From the IMG/VR virus record IMGVR_UViG_3300046373_000092, positions 18,066 to 82,065 of that record: DNA of 64,000 bases. One strand, written 5' to 3'. Each line of letters begins with the position of its first letter. Position 1 is the stretch's first letter. Origin of the DNA: a virus. The notes below the pieces were generated by a model. It searched no databases. It was not told the origin of the DNA and saw only the letters and a list, made by a program, of their open reading frames with translations. Below, piece after piece: positions 1 to 10,304 of this stretch. The position numbers and the translations under genes are program-made.

Positions 1-2617
1 AGAGTCTGGAGTATATGAAATTGGATATTCGGCTTATAGGGGAACTGCGGGAAGTGGATTAATTGGTATTTCTCTTAACTCCGCTCAGCTTACTACAAAC
101 ATTCAAAGTGCAACCGCTTCTACCGTATTAGCTATCGGCTCTACTGAAGGTAGTGCCGGCGGATTTGATAACATTAATTGGTCTGGTTATTTGACTGCCG
201 GTGACGTGATTAGACCTCACACGGACGGTTCTCAAGCTTCTGAATCTTACTCGTCATTCACAATGTCTAAAGCCGGATCGATGAAGCAGTTAAACCCTTC
301 TTCAGATCAAAAAATTGATATTCCAACTCACTCACTTAGGTTCGAAGGAGCTTCTACTAGAGGTTCTACCGATACTGCAATTGTTAAATTCGACACTCTT
401 TCTAACGTTAAAGGAGATGGATTTTCAGTGGCGAACACTGTCGCGAATGGAACCGTTGTAACGATGACTAAAGCCGGAAGATTAAGCATTTCCTCTAGCT
501 TAGTTCAAGCCGGTACTATAGCTATTTCTAAAAACCAAAGCGTTTTAACTGCACTACCTTCTGCATCTGAAGCTATTGCCTCAGATTCGGGGTCAACAGG
601 CTCGAGTAACGTTTCGGCAATAATTGATGTGGTGATTGGTGATAAAATAAGAATTGCATCGAACGTGGCAATTAGTGCCGGAAACTTAAATGTTTTCCAA
701 CTCTCTCTTTCTGAAAACTCAGTACAAGTTGCTCTTTCGAACGTGCTTCCACAGTTCACTACTGGAGATTCTTCGGTTTTAGTAAATACTGCAAACGGAT
801 CTGGCTCAACTAACACTAGAATTAGAAGATTTTCAAATATACAAACCAACTCGGGATCGGATGTAATTTATTCAGATTCTGCAACATTGGGCGCAAGTTT
901 TGTTGCCAATTCGGATGGTGAATATTTAATAACGTATACTGATGAATTTTCTGCCGCAGATTATTTGGGACTAAGTTTAAATACTTCGGCTCCTTCCACT
1001 TCAGTTCAATCCATTCCAACATCAGAAGTTTTGGCTATGTCAGTAACTCCTGCTGCTAACAATCCACAGACTATTTCTTGGTCTGGACCCCTTTTAAAAG
1101 GAGATGTGATAAGACCCCACACTTCAAGCTCGGGGACTGGAACGACTGCTGCAAGAACTAAATTTACAATGGTTAAGATTGGTAAGCCAAACATCACTTC
1201 AGTAGATGTGACTCCTTTTGTAAATATTAAATCTCCGGAAGACATTACATTTAGGGCAAGTGGCGCTCCACAAACTTCTTATACGGCAAATACTCCAATT
1301 GTATTTACTAGTGTAGTGGAAGATCCGGGAACTCTTTATAATACAACAACCGGTCAATACACATCTCCTATTACTGGAAATATGACAGTTTCGTATTATT
1401 TAAACACTAACGCGGCAATTAATACGATAACTAGTATCTACGTAAACGGAGTTTTAAGAGCACCTACTGGATATTCATACAGTGCAACTGGAAACATATT
1501 TGGATCTGGAACTGTAAAAGTATTAAAGGGCGATTTAGTAGACATTAGATCTGCAAACGCTTGGACTGCAACGGGTGGTGGTAACAGTTTAACCATATCT
1601 TACCAAAAACCGAATGATGCGGTTGCAACTCCAATACAGCAGATTTCATCGGACACAATTCCATTTGTATTCAAATCAACTGCAATAGTTGACGCCGATC
1701 CAGTTGGAACGTTCAACACGTACACGTATGCGATAAATACGAACACTGCTACGATCTCAGCTTCTGCTCCAACTCAAACAATTGCAAGCATGAACACCAA
1801 TGGGTTTCAGTTATTTTCAAGAGCATATAACACCGCTTCTACTACAGCGTCTCCTGCCAGAGTTGAAATTAAGATTGGAAAAGGACTAAAAACTTGCCAA
1901 GTAAATGCTTATATATCTGCAGCTAAGACGACTTCTTTTTCAACGGATTTTGTATCGTTCAACGCCAATGCTGGAGAATATGGAACTTTTATTCAATACA
2001 ATGAAATCACCGGAGTACTTGTATTAAACGGCGGTTTAACTTTAACCGCTTCTAATACAACTAAGGCTTTGGGAGTAGATTCAGTCGGAAACGCGGCTCC
2101 TACTTCAGGTTACTTTGTGTTCAACGCATCTATGGCTCCTACAATGGCAGCGTTGCCGACCCTTCAACCAAGAGTTGCTTATTTGAGTGATCAAAAAGCT
2201 TCTGGTACGGCAGGAGGTAGTGCAAGTGCGGGATTCCAAACTAGAACATTAAATACGATTGTAGATTCTACTGGAATTGTTACAAGCTTATCTTCAAATC
2301 AATTCACTCTACCGGCTGGAACTTACAGTATTGCTGCTTTTAGTACGATGTACACCACTACTTCAAACAGAATTAGAATCAGAAACATTACAGATTCTAC
2401 CAGTCCGATCCTAGGACTTAGTATGAGAAACAATACGACTAACGCAGATACAAGTTCGATAAGTACGGCTTCTGGAGAGATTACTATTTCTGCCCCTAAA
2501 GTTTTCGAACTACAGCATTACGCCGGTACTGCAAAGGCTACCGATGGGTTAGGTCAACCCGCTTCGTCAGGAGAGAACGAACTTTATTCTCAAGTAACAA
2601 TTACTAAAATCAGATAA
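1..2617 (+). CDS. Tail fibre / receptor-binding protein, 5'-truncated, with repeated C1q/TNF-like beta modules
   Basis: Frame is open from position 2, so the gene starts before the window. S/T/G-rich; repeat 'WSGxLxxGDVIRPHT' occurs twice; C1q-like segment 'PIVFTSVVEDPGTLYNTTTGQYTSPITG'; followed by a chaperone-like gene. Confidence 0.75.
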   Translation, partial: ESGVYEIGYSAYRGTAGSGLIGISLNSAQLTTNIQSATASTVLAIGSTEGSAGGFDNINWSGYLTAGDVIRPHTDGSQASESYSSFTMSKAGSMKQLNPSSDQKIDIPTHSLRFEGASTRGSTDTAIVKFDTLSNVKGDGFSVANTVANGTVVTMTKAGRLSISSSLVQAGTIAISKNQSVLTALPSASEAIASDSGSTGSSNVSAIIDVVIGDKIRIASNVAISAGNLNVFQLSLSENSVQVALSNVLPQFTTGDSSVLVNTANGSGSTNTRIRRFSNIQTNSGSDVIYSDSATLGASFVANSDGEYLITYTDEFSAADYLGLSLNTSAPSTSVQSIPTSEVLAMSVTPAANNPQTISWSGPLLKGDVIRPHTSSSGTGTTAARTKFTMVKIGKPNITSVDVTPFVNIKSPEDITFRASGAPQTSYTANTPIVFTSVVEDPGTLYNTTTGQYTSPITGNMTVSYYLNTNAAINTITSIYVNGVLRAPTGYSYSATGNIFGSGTVKVLKGDLVDIRSANAWTATGGGNSLTISYQKPNDAVATPIQQISSDTIPFVFKSTAIVDADPVGTFNTYTYAINTNTATISASAPTQTIASMNTNGFQLFSRAYNTASTTASPARVEIKIGKGLKTCQVNAYISAAKTTSFSTDFVSFNANAGEYGTFIQYNEITGVLVLNGGLTLTASNTTKALGVDSVGNAAPTSGYFVFNASMAPTMAALPTLQPRVAYLSDQKASGTAGGSASAGFQTRTLNTIVDSTGIVTSLSSNQFTLPAGTYSIAAFSTMYTTTSNRIRIRNITDSTSPILGLSMRNNTTNADTSSISTASGEITISAPKVFELQHYAGTAKATDGLGQPASSGENELYSQVTITKIR

Positions 2618-2625
2618 GGATAATT

Positions 2626-2940
2626 ATGAATATTACAGATTTAATCAATGAATATTTAAAAGATAAACAAAGAGATTTAGAAAACGACTGTTTCAACATA
2701 GTCGATAACAAAATCTTTTCATGGAACTTTACATATGTGCCCCAGCCTACGCAGGAAGAGCTAGAAGCACTAGCTTCTTCAGTAGAGGCAGATCATCTTC
2801 AAGAGGCAATTAATGCTGAATCGGAGGCTTATTTAGCTTCTACAGATTGGTTAATCGTTAGAGAAATGGAGACAGGAATCCAGTGTCCGATTGAAGTGAA
2901 AATTGCAAGATCACAGGCTCGATTACAAATAGTTAGATAG
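2626..2940 (+). CDS. Tail fibre assembly chaperone-like protein
   Basis: 'YLASTDWLIVREMETG...RSQAR' motif; lies directly after the fibre gene. Confidence 0.65.
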   Translation: MNITDLINEYLKDKQRDLENDCFNIVDNKIFSWNFTYVPQPTQEELEALASSVEADHLQEAINAESEAYLASTDWLIVREMETGIQCPIEVKIARSQARLQIVR

Positions 2941-2947
2941 GGGGCAT

Positions 2948-3796
2948 ATGGCAGATATTAAGTTTGGTGTAAATAAACAAGCTGTCGGACCGACTATACT
3001 CGGACCGTTGGAAGTTTCGGGAGAAACTAAAGTTAGGTTTATAATCGAGAACGCTACAATCAATAATACGATTGAAATAAGAGGAAGAATTAAAGGGCAA
3101 AACTCTTGGGACTTACTCACCACATTTACGGGCAACGCTGCTCAGAATGTGAATGTTAACGTTTATGACGAATTAGAAATAGAAATAACTACTTACGAAG
3201 CAACTGGAAACTACGTCCGGATACTTGCTTCAGGTTTTAATCCAGCCGAAGGGTCTGCTATCAATACGATAGGTGTTCCATTCGGCGAAAATGTAGAAGA
3301 GAATCCTAGAGTCAATTTCACTTCTAGTGATAACTCTGTTCACATCTCTGGTACTCAAGGGACCGGCACTATAGATTTTACAGTGTCAGCATCCTCTAAT
3401 CCAAACTCGTACTCTTCTTTCGTGCCAACTACAGGAAGCACTCCCACAGCTAACAGCTCCGGAGACAGTCTAACTATGTTGTCGGTAGATAACACAATTA
3501 TAATTACTGGAAACAATGTCGGAGAGTCTCTAGATTTTGGGGTTAGCTCTTTAGTTAAGAATAATTTAGTTAAGCAGGAAGCGAGAACTTTAACACTCTC
3601 AGAATACGACGGAAAGCAGTTGACTTTAGCAGCAGCTCCTTTAGTAGCCAGTAAAACAAGAATGGTTATTATCGGCGGTCCAGAACAAAAGTATTCTATA
3701 GATTTTCTAGTGTCGGGAACCACCCTTACATGGTCTAGCTTAGGAATAGATGGAATTATTGAAATAGGCGACACGTTACTAATAACATATCCATAG
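2948..3796 (+). CDS. Virion structural protein
   Basis: Beta-rich; C-terminal domain resembles that of 3803..4840. Confidence 0.6.
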   Translation: MADIKFGVNKQAVGPTILGPLEVSGETKVRFIIENATINNTIEIRGRIKGQNSWDLLTTFTGNAAQNVNVNVYDELEIEITTYEATGNYVRILASGFNPAEGSAINTIGVPFGENVEENPRVNFTSSDNSVHISGTQGTGTIDFTVSASSNPNSYSSFVPTTGSTPTANSSGDSLTMLSVDNTIIITGNNVGESLDFGVSSLVKNNLVKQEARTLTLSEYDGKQLTLAAAPLVASKTRMVIIGGPEQKYSIDFLVSGTTLTWSSLGIDGIIEIGDTLLITYP

Positions 3797-3802
3797 GAAT
3801 AT

Positions 3803-4840
3803 ATGACACAAATTAAAAAGAAGTTTATTGAGTCAAATGCAGTAGACGGAACTAAAATTAGGCTTAATAACGATCAGTTTTTGCGTGCAAGAAATGCTGC
3901 AAATAGTGCTGACGTAAACGTACTTAAAGTAGACGCTTCAGACACTATTCAGTTTCCTTCGGTTCCAGAAGTTTCCTCTGACCCCAGCTCGGCAAACGGG
4001 TTAGTAAGAAAATCATACGTAGACAACCTACTAAATGGCTTAAAGTGGAAGAATCCCGTTAGAGCTGCCTCTACTGGCAACCTGACATTATCCGGTGCCC
4101 AAACTGTCGATGGAGTGTCTCTAATTGCAGGAGATAGACTTTTAGCTAAAGACCAAACAGATCCGAAAGAGAACGGTATTTACGTTGTAGCCGCAGGGGC
4201 TTATACGAGAGCTATAGACGCCGATGCAGGCTCTGAATTAGTCAGTGCTGCAGTATTCGCTTCAGAGGGCACTGTGAATGCGGATAAGGGCTTCACATGC
4301 TCTACAGATGCCCCAATCACAATCGGTGTAACTAACATATCATTTATTCAATTTACGTCAGCAGGATCTTATACGGCTGGAAACGGGATTAACATTACCA
4401 GTTCTACTATCTCAGTAGCTCTAGATACTAACCCAGGACTTGAGTTTAACTCTGCAGCCCTTAGAGTAAAGATCAATGCCGCAGGAGCCCTAACTAGGGA
4501 TGCCAACGGCTTGGCAGTTAAGGTAGATTCAGCCACTACTAAAATAAATGCCTCTAATCAAATTGAAGGCTTGAAAAGAGCAGAATCAATTATAACGTTA
4601 AACAGCACAGATATAACAAATCAATATATAGACTTGTCTCGAGTTGCGGCTTCTGCGGAAGGAATTGTATTTTATTGTGTGGGAGGACCCATACAAACAA
4701 ATACTATTGACTACACGGTGTCTCTGACTGGAGGAGCTGGTAGCAACACAAGGATATCTTTCGCCGGAGATTTAGCTACGGCTGGAGCTGCTGCATTGGT
4801 TTCTGGAGACATATTAGTAGTAAAGTTTGAATACCTATAA
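3803..4840 (+). CDS. Virion fibre/decoration protein
   Basis: 'KSYVD...WKNPVRAASTGNLTLSGAQTVDGVSLIAGDRLLAKDQT..ENGIYVV' module common in phage fibre proteins. Confidence 0.7.
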   Translation: MTQIKKKFIESNAVDGTKIRLNNDQFLRARNAANSADVNVLKVDASDTIQFPSVPEVSSDPSSANGLVRKSYVDNLLNGLKWKNPVRAASTGNLTLSGAQTVDGVSLIAGDRLLAKDQTDPKENGIYVVAAGAYTRAIDADAGSELVSAAVFASEGTVNADKGFTCSTDAPITIGVTNISFIQFTSAGSYTAGNGINITSSTISVALDTNPGLEFNSAALRVKINAAGALTRDANGLAVKVDSATTKINASNQIEGLKRAESIITLNSTDITNQYIDLSRVAASAEGIVFYCVGGPIQTNTIDYTVSLTGGAGSNTRISFAGDLATAGAAALVSGDILVVKFEYL

Positions 4841-4853
4841 TTAGGAATTTTAA

Positions 4854-5366
4854 GTGAGCCGAATAAGCAAAAAATTTATAAAGTTTGGAACGGGTACAGA
4901 AGAGGTTAATTCCCAGTCTATACCCGCCAATTATACACCAACCAACTATACACCCAGTCAAGTGTCTTCAGAAGGTACAGATAAAATATCTGCCCATTTG
5001 AAAGGCATAAATGCGGCGTTAGCGGGCACCGCCACTATTTACGTGGATAGTATCGATAATAACCAATCGTCTCCACAGAGCATCACCAACGCTCTTTTTA
5101 ATCCAGTCTCAATAAGATCTGTTGAGATTACGTTTAGTATACGCAGAACAACAAATATAAGTGAGAAAGTATCAACAGGAACAATATACCTGTCATATTT
5201 GCCTATAGCGGCAACGTGGGACATCAGCTATGACAGCACGTCTTCAAATGCGGGAATTACTTTCGATATTACAGATGCAGGACAATTAAACTACACGAGT
5301 ACTAATATTTCCGGAACAGGATATGCTGGAAACATTAAATACACATTTATAACATTCCCTTCATAG
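4854..5366 (+). CDS. Virion structural protein
   Basis: GTG start after AGGA; N-terminal 'ISKKFI' resembles 'IKKKFI' of the previous gene. Confidence 0.6.
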   Translation: MSRISKKFIKFGTGTEEVNSQSIPANYTPTNYTPSQVSSEGTDKISAHLKGINAALAGTATIYVDSIDNNQSSPQSITNALFNPVSIRSVEITFSIRRTTNISEKVSTGTIYLSYLPIAATWDISYDSTSSNAGITFDITDAGQLNYTSTNISGTGYAGNIKYTFITFPS

Positions 5367-5376
5367 GATATGAAGT

Positions 5377-6363
5377 ATGAGCAAACAAAATGGATTGAGT
5401 ATGCTAGACTCTGGGCAAGTCATCCAAGAAGTCCACAACGAGTCAGAAAAAGCTTTAGACGTAATCTCAGCCAATAGCTTGGTCCCTAAGCGTTACGGAA
5501 AAGTAGAGTTAGAATATATACAATCTGCAGACGGAACTTGTAAAGCAGTTAGCACCGCTAAGTATTATTCAAATGGAGCCTACCAGTCACAGACTGCAAT
5601 AGTTCACGGAGACGTAATTGGAACTCCTCATAAAACCACTGTAAATTTCTTTAATCGAACTCCTTCAAATTTAGCAAACAATTACCTCAATATTTTTGAT
5701 AGTAACGGCTCTGTGTTGGTGTGGTTCAATTTAGATGGAACGGGAACTCCTCCCGACAGCGAAGACAGGTTAATAGAAGTTTCCATAGCTTCGTCAGATA
5801 CAGAACCCCAGCTTGCCCAAAAATTAAATGCGGCAATCAATACAGACATTAGCTTTTTCTCAGTAGTTCAAGATGTAATGGCTATGATCGTTAATTACGA
5901 ATCCGGTATTAGACAAAATAGCGTAGACATTAATTCTGGGCTAGTTTTAAAAAATATTCAAGGCGTAGATACGAATCGTTTAGATGGTAAATTTTTTTAC
6001 TTGAATAATGTGGGAATTTCCACACAATATTACGTCTGGTATAACGTAGATAATCTAAGCACTGATCCAATGGTTCCTGGAAGAACTGGAATCCAAGTAA
6101 ACATCCCCTATGGAGCCTCGGAAGAGCTAGTAAGTCTAAATACTGCATTCGCTATTGCTCAAACCACAGACTTCACAACAGAGAATTTCGACAATAAAAT
6201 CTGTATTAATAACAAATATATAGGTACGGCAGATATTATAAAGGATGTGAATTCTGCATTTTCTTTCAAGATAAATACGAAGGGAATGGACCGAGAATTG
6301 ATAGCGCAACTTGTAATGACGTATGACGTTAATAACGACTTAGTTTCCGTGGAAAGGTTATGA
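5377..6363 (+). CDS. Virion structural protein with duplicated 'VW[FY]NxD' domain
   Basis: Long ORF in the structural operon with an internal two-fold repeat. Confidence 0.6.
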   Translation: MSKQNGLSMLDSGQVIQEVHNESEKALDVISANSLVPKRYGKVELEYIQSADGTCKAVSTAKYYSNGAYQSQTAIVHGDVIGTPHKTTVNFFNRTPSNLANNYLNIFDSNGSVLVWFNLDGTGTPPDSEDRLIEVSIASSDTEPQLAQKLNAAINTDISFFSVVQDVMAMIVNYESGIRQNSVDINSGLVLKNIQGVDTNRLDGKFFYLNNVGISTQYYVWYNVDNLSTDPMVPGRTGIQVNIPYGASEELVSLNTAFAIAQTTDFTTENFDNKICINNKYIGTADIIKDVNSAFSFKINTKGMDRELIAQLVMTYDVNNDLVSVERL

Positions 6364-6731
6364 AGTTCAATTTTAATCCTTTGAGTGCACAGTTTGAGCT
6401 ACAAGCCGGCAACTGTAACACTTCATCGGGAGGGGCAGCGCAGACCTTTGCTAGCGTCCCAGTTATTCAAAACATTCCAATAGCGAATGCAGATGAAGAA
6501 GTGGTCATTACGCTACCAGTAGGTACCAGAAAGCTAATGTTGAAAGTTAGAAACTACTCTTCAACAGTAAAGTTTAGCTACTCTCAAGGAGATAGCGGCA
6601 CCAACTACATGACAATTACTAGAGGCTGTTCTTACAGTGAAGACAATATTCTCACAGTTACTGGAAATACAAAAATATACATTCAATCGACCAAACCAAA
6701 TGTCGTAATTGAATGCTTAACATGGGCTTAA
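6360..6731 (+). CDS. Small beta-sandwich virion protein
   Basis: ATGA overlap with the upstream gene; operon context. Confidence 0.55.
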   Translation: MKFNFNPLSAQFELQAGNCNTSSGGAAQTFASVPVIQNIPIANADEEVVITLPVGTRKLMLKVRNYSSTVKFSYSQGDSGTNYMTITRGCSYSEDNILTVTGNTKIYIQSTKPNVVIECLTWA

Positions 6732-6741
6732 TGGAGGTTTT

Positions 6742-7668
6742 ATGAGTGGTTTAAACAAAGACAGGATTATTTTTGATCCAACTGATCCGACAGTTTCGGA
6801 AGACATTGGAGCCTACATTCGCGCAAGCGACGGCACTCTAATTACACACACCAATGTTGGTGGAAAAGATGGGTTAGATGTTAACATCATAAATCCAATT
6901 ACTGTAAATTCTGCATCTGATCGTGCAGAGGATTCAGCACACACTTCAGGAGATGTAGGATCTTATATTCTAGCTGTAAGGCAGGATACGTTGACATCTT
7001 CTACATCGGCTGATGGAGATTATGCTTCATTTAAAGTGGATTCAGTAGGGTCCCTTTATACTCGCGACACTGGAGTAAAGGCAAGTTTAGATTCTGTAAT
7101 TAAAACAGATAATGGAGCTTTCACAGATGGAGCTTCGATGGGGCTAGCTATGTTTGGGGTAGACGCTGCAAACACATACCAGCCGTTTAAATTAAACGCA
7201 GCAGGTGAGCTATTAGTAGCTGCAGATGTTTCAGTTACTACAGGTTCGGATAAAGTAGAGGACTCTGCTCACGCAAATGCGGACGTTGGTACTTACATTC
7301 TTTCTGTAAGAGAAGACACTCTAACAAGTTCTACTTCAGCTTCTGGAGATTATCAATCAATAAAAACAGACGCCCTAGGACGTATGTACACTAACGATGC
7401 TCACCAATCAATGTTAGTCACTCCTAAGTCTGTAACAACTACAGCCTCTGCTTTAGTAGCTTCAAGTTTAGCAAATAGAAAACAAATTCTTGTTCAGAAT
7501 ATTTCAAGTAAGAACGTTTATCTTGGAACTTCAGCGGCTGTAACAGATGTTAACGGATTTAAGCTTGGAGCTGGTATGTCAATAGAATTAGATTTGGCAG
7601 CAGCGGTAGCATTGTTCGCTATTTCCGTAGGTGCTGCAGCAGACGTAAGAATAATTGAATTAGCATAA
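6742..7668 (+). CDS. Virion protein with about 50-aa internal repeat and C-terminal decoration-like domain
   Basis: GGAGG SD; two copies of 'EDSAH..DVG.YIL.VR.DTLTSSTSA.GDY.S.K.D..G..YT.D'. Confidence 0.65.
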   Translation: MSGLNKDRIIFDPTDPTVSEDIGAYIRASDGTLITHTNVGGKDGLDVNIINPITVNSASDRAEDSAHTSGDVGSYILAVRQDTLTSSTSADGDYASFKVDSVGSLYTRDTGVKASLDSVIKTDNGAFTDGASMGLAMFGVDAANTYQPFKLNAAGELLVAADVSVTTGSDKVEDSAHANADVGTYILSVREDTLTSSTSASGDYQSIKTDALGRMYTNDAHQSMLVTPKSVTTTASALVASSLANRKQILVQNISSKNVYLGTSAAVTDVNGFKLGAGMSIELDLAAAVALFAISVGAAADVRIIELA

Positions 7669-7675
7669 GGATTAT

Positions 7676-7873
7676 ATGGATAAAAAACAAGAAGCCGCAT
7701 TAATTGATTCTACTTTAAAACTTCTTCGCAGAGGTAAATTCGAGTTGTCGGGAGATGAGGCTCTTGTTTTCCATTCCTGCTTTCAATATCTAGTTAAGAA
7801 ACTAAATGATCTTAATAAACCAGAAGTAGTAATATCTCCAGTTGTTGAACCAGTTAAGGGTAAGAAAAAATGA
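7676..7873 (+). CDS. Hypothetical protein
   Basis: AAGGA SD; overlaps the next gene. Confidence 0.55.
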   Translation: MDKKQEAALIDSTLKLLRRGKFELSGDEALVFHSCFQYLVKKLNDLNKPEVVISPVVEPVKGKKK

Positions 7874-8181
7874 GCGGGTTAAACGGTGGAGCAGAATATG
7901 CAGATGTCTTTACTGACGGATACGTAGCTGGACCAATTTCAGTTTCTACTACTCAAGTAGAGGCTAAAGTTGGAGCTACTCGATTTGCATTAAGAGAAAA
8001 TCTTCGTATATTTAATAACAGCACTACTACTATTTACTTTGGTCCGTCAGGAGTATCCTCTACAACAGGGGAGCCTCTTTTAAAAAATCAATGGGTAAAT
8101 ATTCCCATTGGAGATATTGCAGTATTCCTAATTACAGCTTCTGGAACAGCGGCTGATGTTCGCATACAAGAGATGGGATAA
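7870..8181 (+). CDS. Small decoration-like virion protein, paralogous to the C-terminal domain of 6742..7668
   Basis: 'ISVSTT...RENLRIFNNSTTTIYFG...G.PL...ADVRIQE' versus 'SVTTT...RKQILVQNISSKNVYLG...GFKL...ADVRIIE'. Confidence 0.6.
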   Translation: MSGLNGGAEYADVFTDGYVAGPISVSTTQVEAKVGATRFALRENLRIFNNSTTTIYFGPSGVSSTTGEPLLKNQWVNIPIGDIAVFLITASGTAADVRIQEMG

Positions 8182-8642
8182 TGAGTAGAGTAGAAAAATC
8201 TGCAGTAGCTGGAAGCGTGCCTTTTGACAATTCGACTAATGGGTTCACCTCTACTGATGTACAAGGAGCTATAGAAGAAATAGGAGCATCCGCTTCCCCC
8301 GGCTTTTCTTTCTCTAGATCGGGAACTTCTAATGCAGGGACATATCTGCAAGTAGACGCCGTTCCCTCAAATCAAGCAGGAAGAATTGTTCCACTAAATA
8401 CAGGATTTGTTACTGATGTATTTATATCTTGTCAGACAGCTTCTACGTTTACTGTAGAGTTTCAAAAAAGAGTAGGAACTACTTTCACCACATTTCTAAC
8501 TGTAACAGTAACTTCAGCAAGAAAATTAACTCAAAGTTTAACAGCTACTCCAGTTGCTCTGAACGATGAAATATGCGCAAGAATAGGCACAGGAAGTGTC
8601 TCCAACATTGTAGTTGGATTAATCATTCGCGGAGGAACGTAA
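8181..8642 (+). CDS. Virion structural protein
   Basis: 'FDNSTNGFTSTDVQGAIEE' anchoring-type motif; TAATG coupling. Confidence 0.6.
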   Translation: MSRVEKSAVAGSVPFDNSTNGFTSTDVQGAIEEIGASASPGFSFSRSGTSNAGTYLQVDAVPSNQAGRIVPLNTGFVTDVFISCQTASTFTVEFQKRVGTTFTTFLTVTVTSARKLTQSLTATPVALNDEICARIGTGSVSNIVVGLIIRGGT

Positions 8643-9679
8643 TGGCTAAAATAGTAAAAAACACAACAGCATCAGCAATATTAGTTTCAGACACTGGAGT
8701 TAGTATTCCGGCAACCTCGTCTTACACGATACCGGGAGTGGATTACCCACTTTGGTCATACTCCTCTGATATAGTTACTCACATCGGATCAGGAGCCATA
8801 GTAATCAATGATGGATCTTTTGATTTATCTAAGGCAGATGGAATTAGTTTATTACAAGGTAATTTTAAGCAGTCTGATTTTATTCCCTCTTTAAAAACTA
8901 ACGATAGATTGCGCGTAGATGTTAGCGGACTATCAACTGATAATTTAGTAGAAGGTACAAACCAATTCTTCACAAATGAAAGAGCGCAGGATGCTGTGGG
9001 CAATAGTCTCTTAGATACGGCTTCAGTGGATTTTACTTACGACGATGCAGGAAATAGTATTTCTGCGGCGGTCTTGCCGGCAGGAGTAAATCACAATGCA
9101 CTATCAAACTACGTAGCTAATCAGCACATCGACCACTCTGCTGTCAACGTCACCGCAGGCACTGGACTTACTGGAGGAGGAACCATAGCCGCCTCTAGAA
9201 CTTTATCAATCTCCAATACTACGGTTACGGCAGCAGCTTATGGATCTTCATCTCAAGTACCGACCTACACAGTAAATGCCCAAGGACAATTGACAGCAGC
9301 GGCTAACGTCACAGTTGATAAATTATACGATCATTGGAACGGAACTACTCAATACAACGCCTCTCAGCTTCGTAAATATACAAATGTGGGAACAACCGAT
9401 GCGAATGGAAGAGTTACTGTAAACTTAACTCAAAACGGGCTAGTCGGAGGCACAGCACTCTTCTCTACTGTGTTTAGTGCTCAGGCAATTGGGGTAGATG
9501 GATCTGGGGTAGCAATCCAAGCAATCAACATGTTCGTAGAATCAATATCTGCCACACAAGTAGTTTTTAGAGCCACTAGAGGAACTTCAGTCGGAGTTCT
9601 GGTAGGTGGGACGATAATATCAATTCAATTCGCAGGAGCTGGCTATACAGTTTATGTGATAGTAGAAGGAGCAAAATAA
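8642..9679 (+). CDS. Fibre-like virion protein (start revised to 8642)
   Basis: GGAGG SD and TAATG coupling at 8642; 'TDNLVEGTNQFFTNERAQDAV' and 'VTAGTGLTGGG...YGSSSQVPTYTVNAQGQLT' fibre motifs. Confidence 0.65.
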   Translation: MAKIVKNTTASAILVSDTGVSIPATSSYTIPGVDYPLWSYSSDIVTHIGSGAIVINDGSFDLSKADGISLLQGNFKQSDFIPSLKTNDRLRVDVSGLSTDNLVEGTNQFFTNERAQDAVGNSLLDTASVDFTYDDAGNSISAAVLPAGVNHNALSNYVANQHIDHSAVNVTAGTGLTGGGTIAASRTLSISNTTVTAAAYGSSSQVPTYTVNAQGQLTAAANVTVDKLYDHWNGTTQYNASQLRKYTNVGTTDANGRVTVNLTQNGLVGGTALFSTVFSAQAIGVDGSGVAIQAINMFVESISATQVVFRATRGTSVGVLVGGTIISIQFAGAGYTVYVIVEGAK

Positions 9680-9834
9680 TGACTAAACAAGAAAAACTAG
9701 ACCAACTTTCAACACTTTTAGAAATACCCGGCAACACTACAAGAGTTATACGACACTTTTTACTTGCTGCATTGGGAAATATTGAAGATGACACCAAGTT
9801 AGATGCAATAATCGCTCTCCTATCTGTTGAATAA
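9679..9834 (+). CDS. Small hypothetical protein (51 aa, MTKQEKLDQL...), not in the ORF track
   Basis: AAGGAG SD and TAATG coupling; translated by hand. Confidence 0.5.
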   Translation: MTKQEKLDQLSTLLEIPGNTTRVIRHFLLAALGNIEDDTKLDAIIALLSVE

Positions 9835-9874
9835 TCAATAACATACATATTATTTTATGAGTAATATCCAGTAA

Positions 9875-9887
9875 TTAACAAATATAT
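9875..9887 (+). promoter_or_regulatory. TTAACAAATATAT motif, candidate late promoter (copy 1 of 4)
   Basis: Exact 13-mer also at 17970 (+), 62798 (+) and 61351-61363 (-), all intergenic. Confidence 0.6.
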
Positions 9888-9919
9888 ATGTAACAGCCCC
9901 ACTAAAGGAGAGGAGCCGA

Positions 9920-10288
9920 ATGGAAAAAGAATTCAAAGAAATGTTGATGAAGCGCATGCAGGAACAAGGAAAAGTTGATCCTAAAAAGCTTGAAGCAAAA
10001 GCTTCTATGATGAAAGAACTTTCTGACATGTTAGGAACTGACATGAAAGATAGCATCTCAAAAGGCATGAACAAAGTTACTGTAGCCTCGGATAGTCCAG
10101 AAGGCTTAGAAACTGGTTTAGATTTGGCTAAAAAAAAATTAAATGCTGAAGAGAACTCTGAAGACATGCCAGAAATGGAAGAGTCTGACGAAGAAAACTA
10201 TTCAGATGATATGCCAGAATCAGATGATGCAGAACTTGCTGAACTTGAAAAAAAGATTGCAGAATTAAAAGCTAAAAAATTAAAATAA
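9920..10288 (+). CDS. Acidic helical hypothetical protein
   Basis: Strong GGAGAGGAG SD; follows the conserved motif. Confidence 0.7.
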   Translation: MEKEFKEMLMKRMQEQGKVDPKKLEAKASMMKELSDMLGTDMKDSISKGMNKVTVASDSPEGLETGLDLAKKKLNAEENSEDMPEMEESDEENYSDDMPESDDAELAELEKKIAELKAKKLK

Positions 10289-10304
10289 TATAAGGCGGTA
10301 CTCC

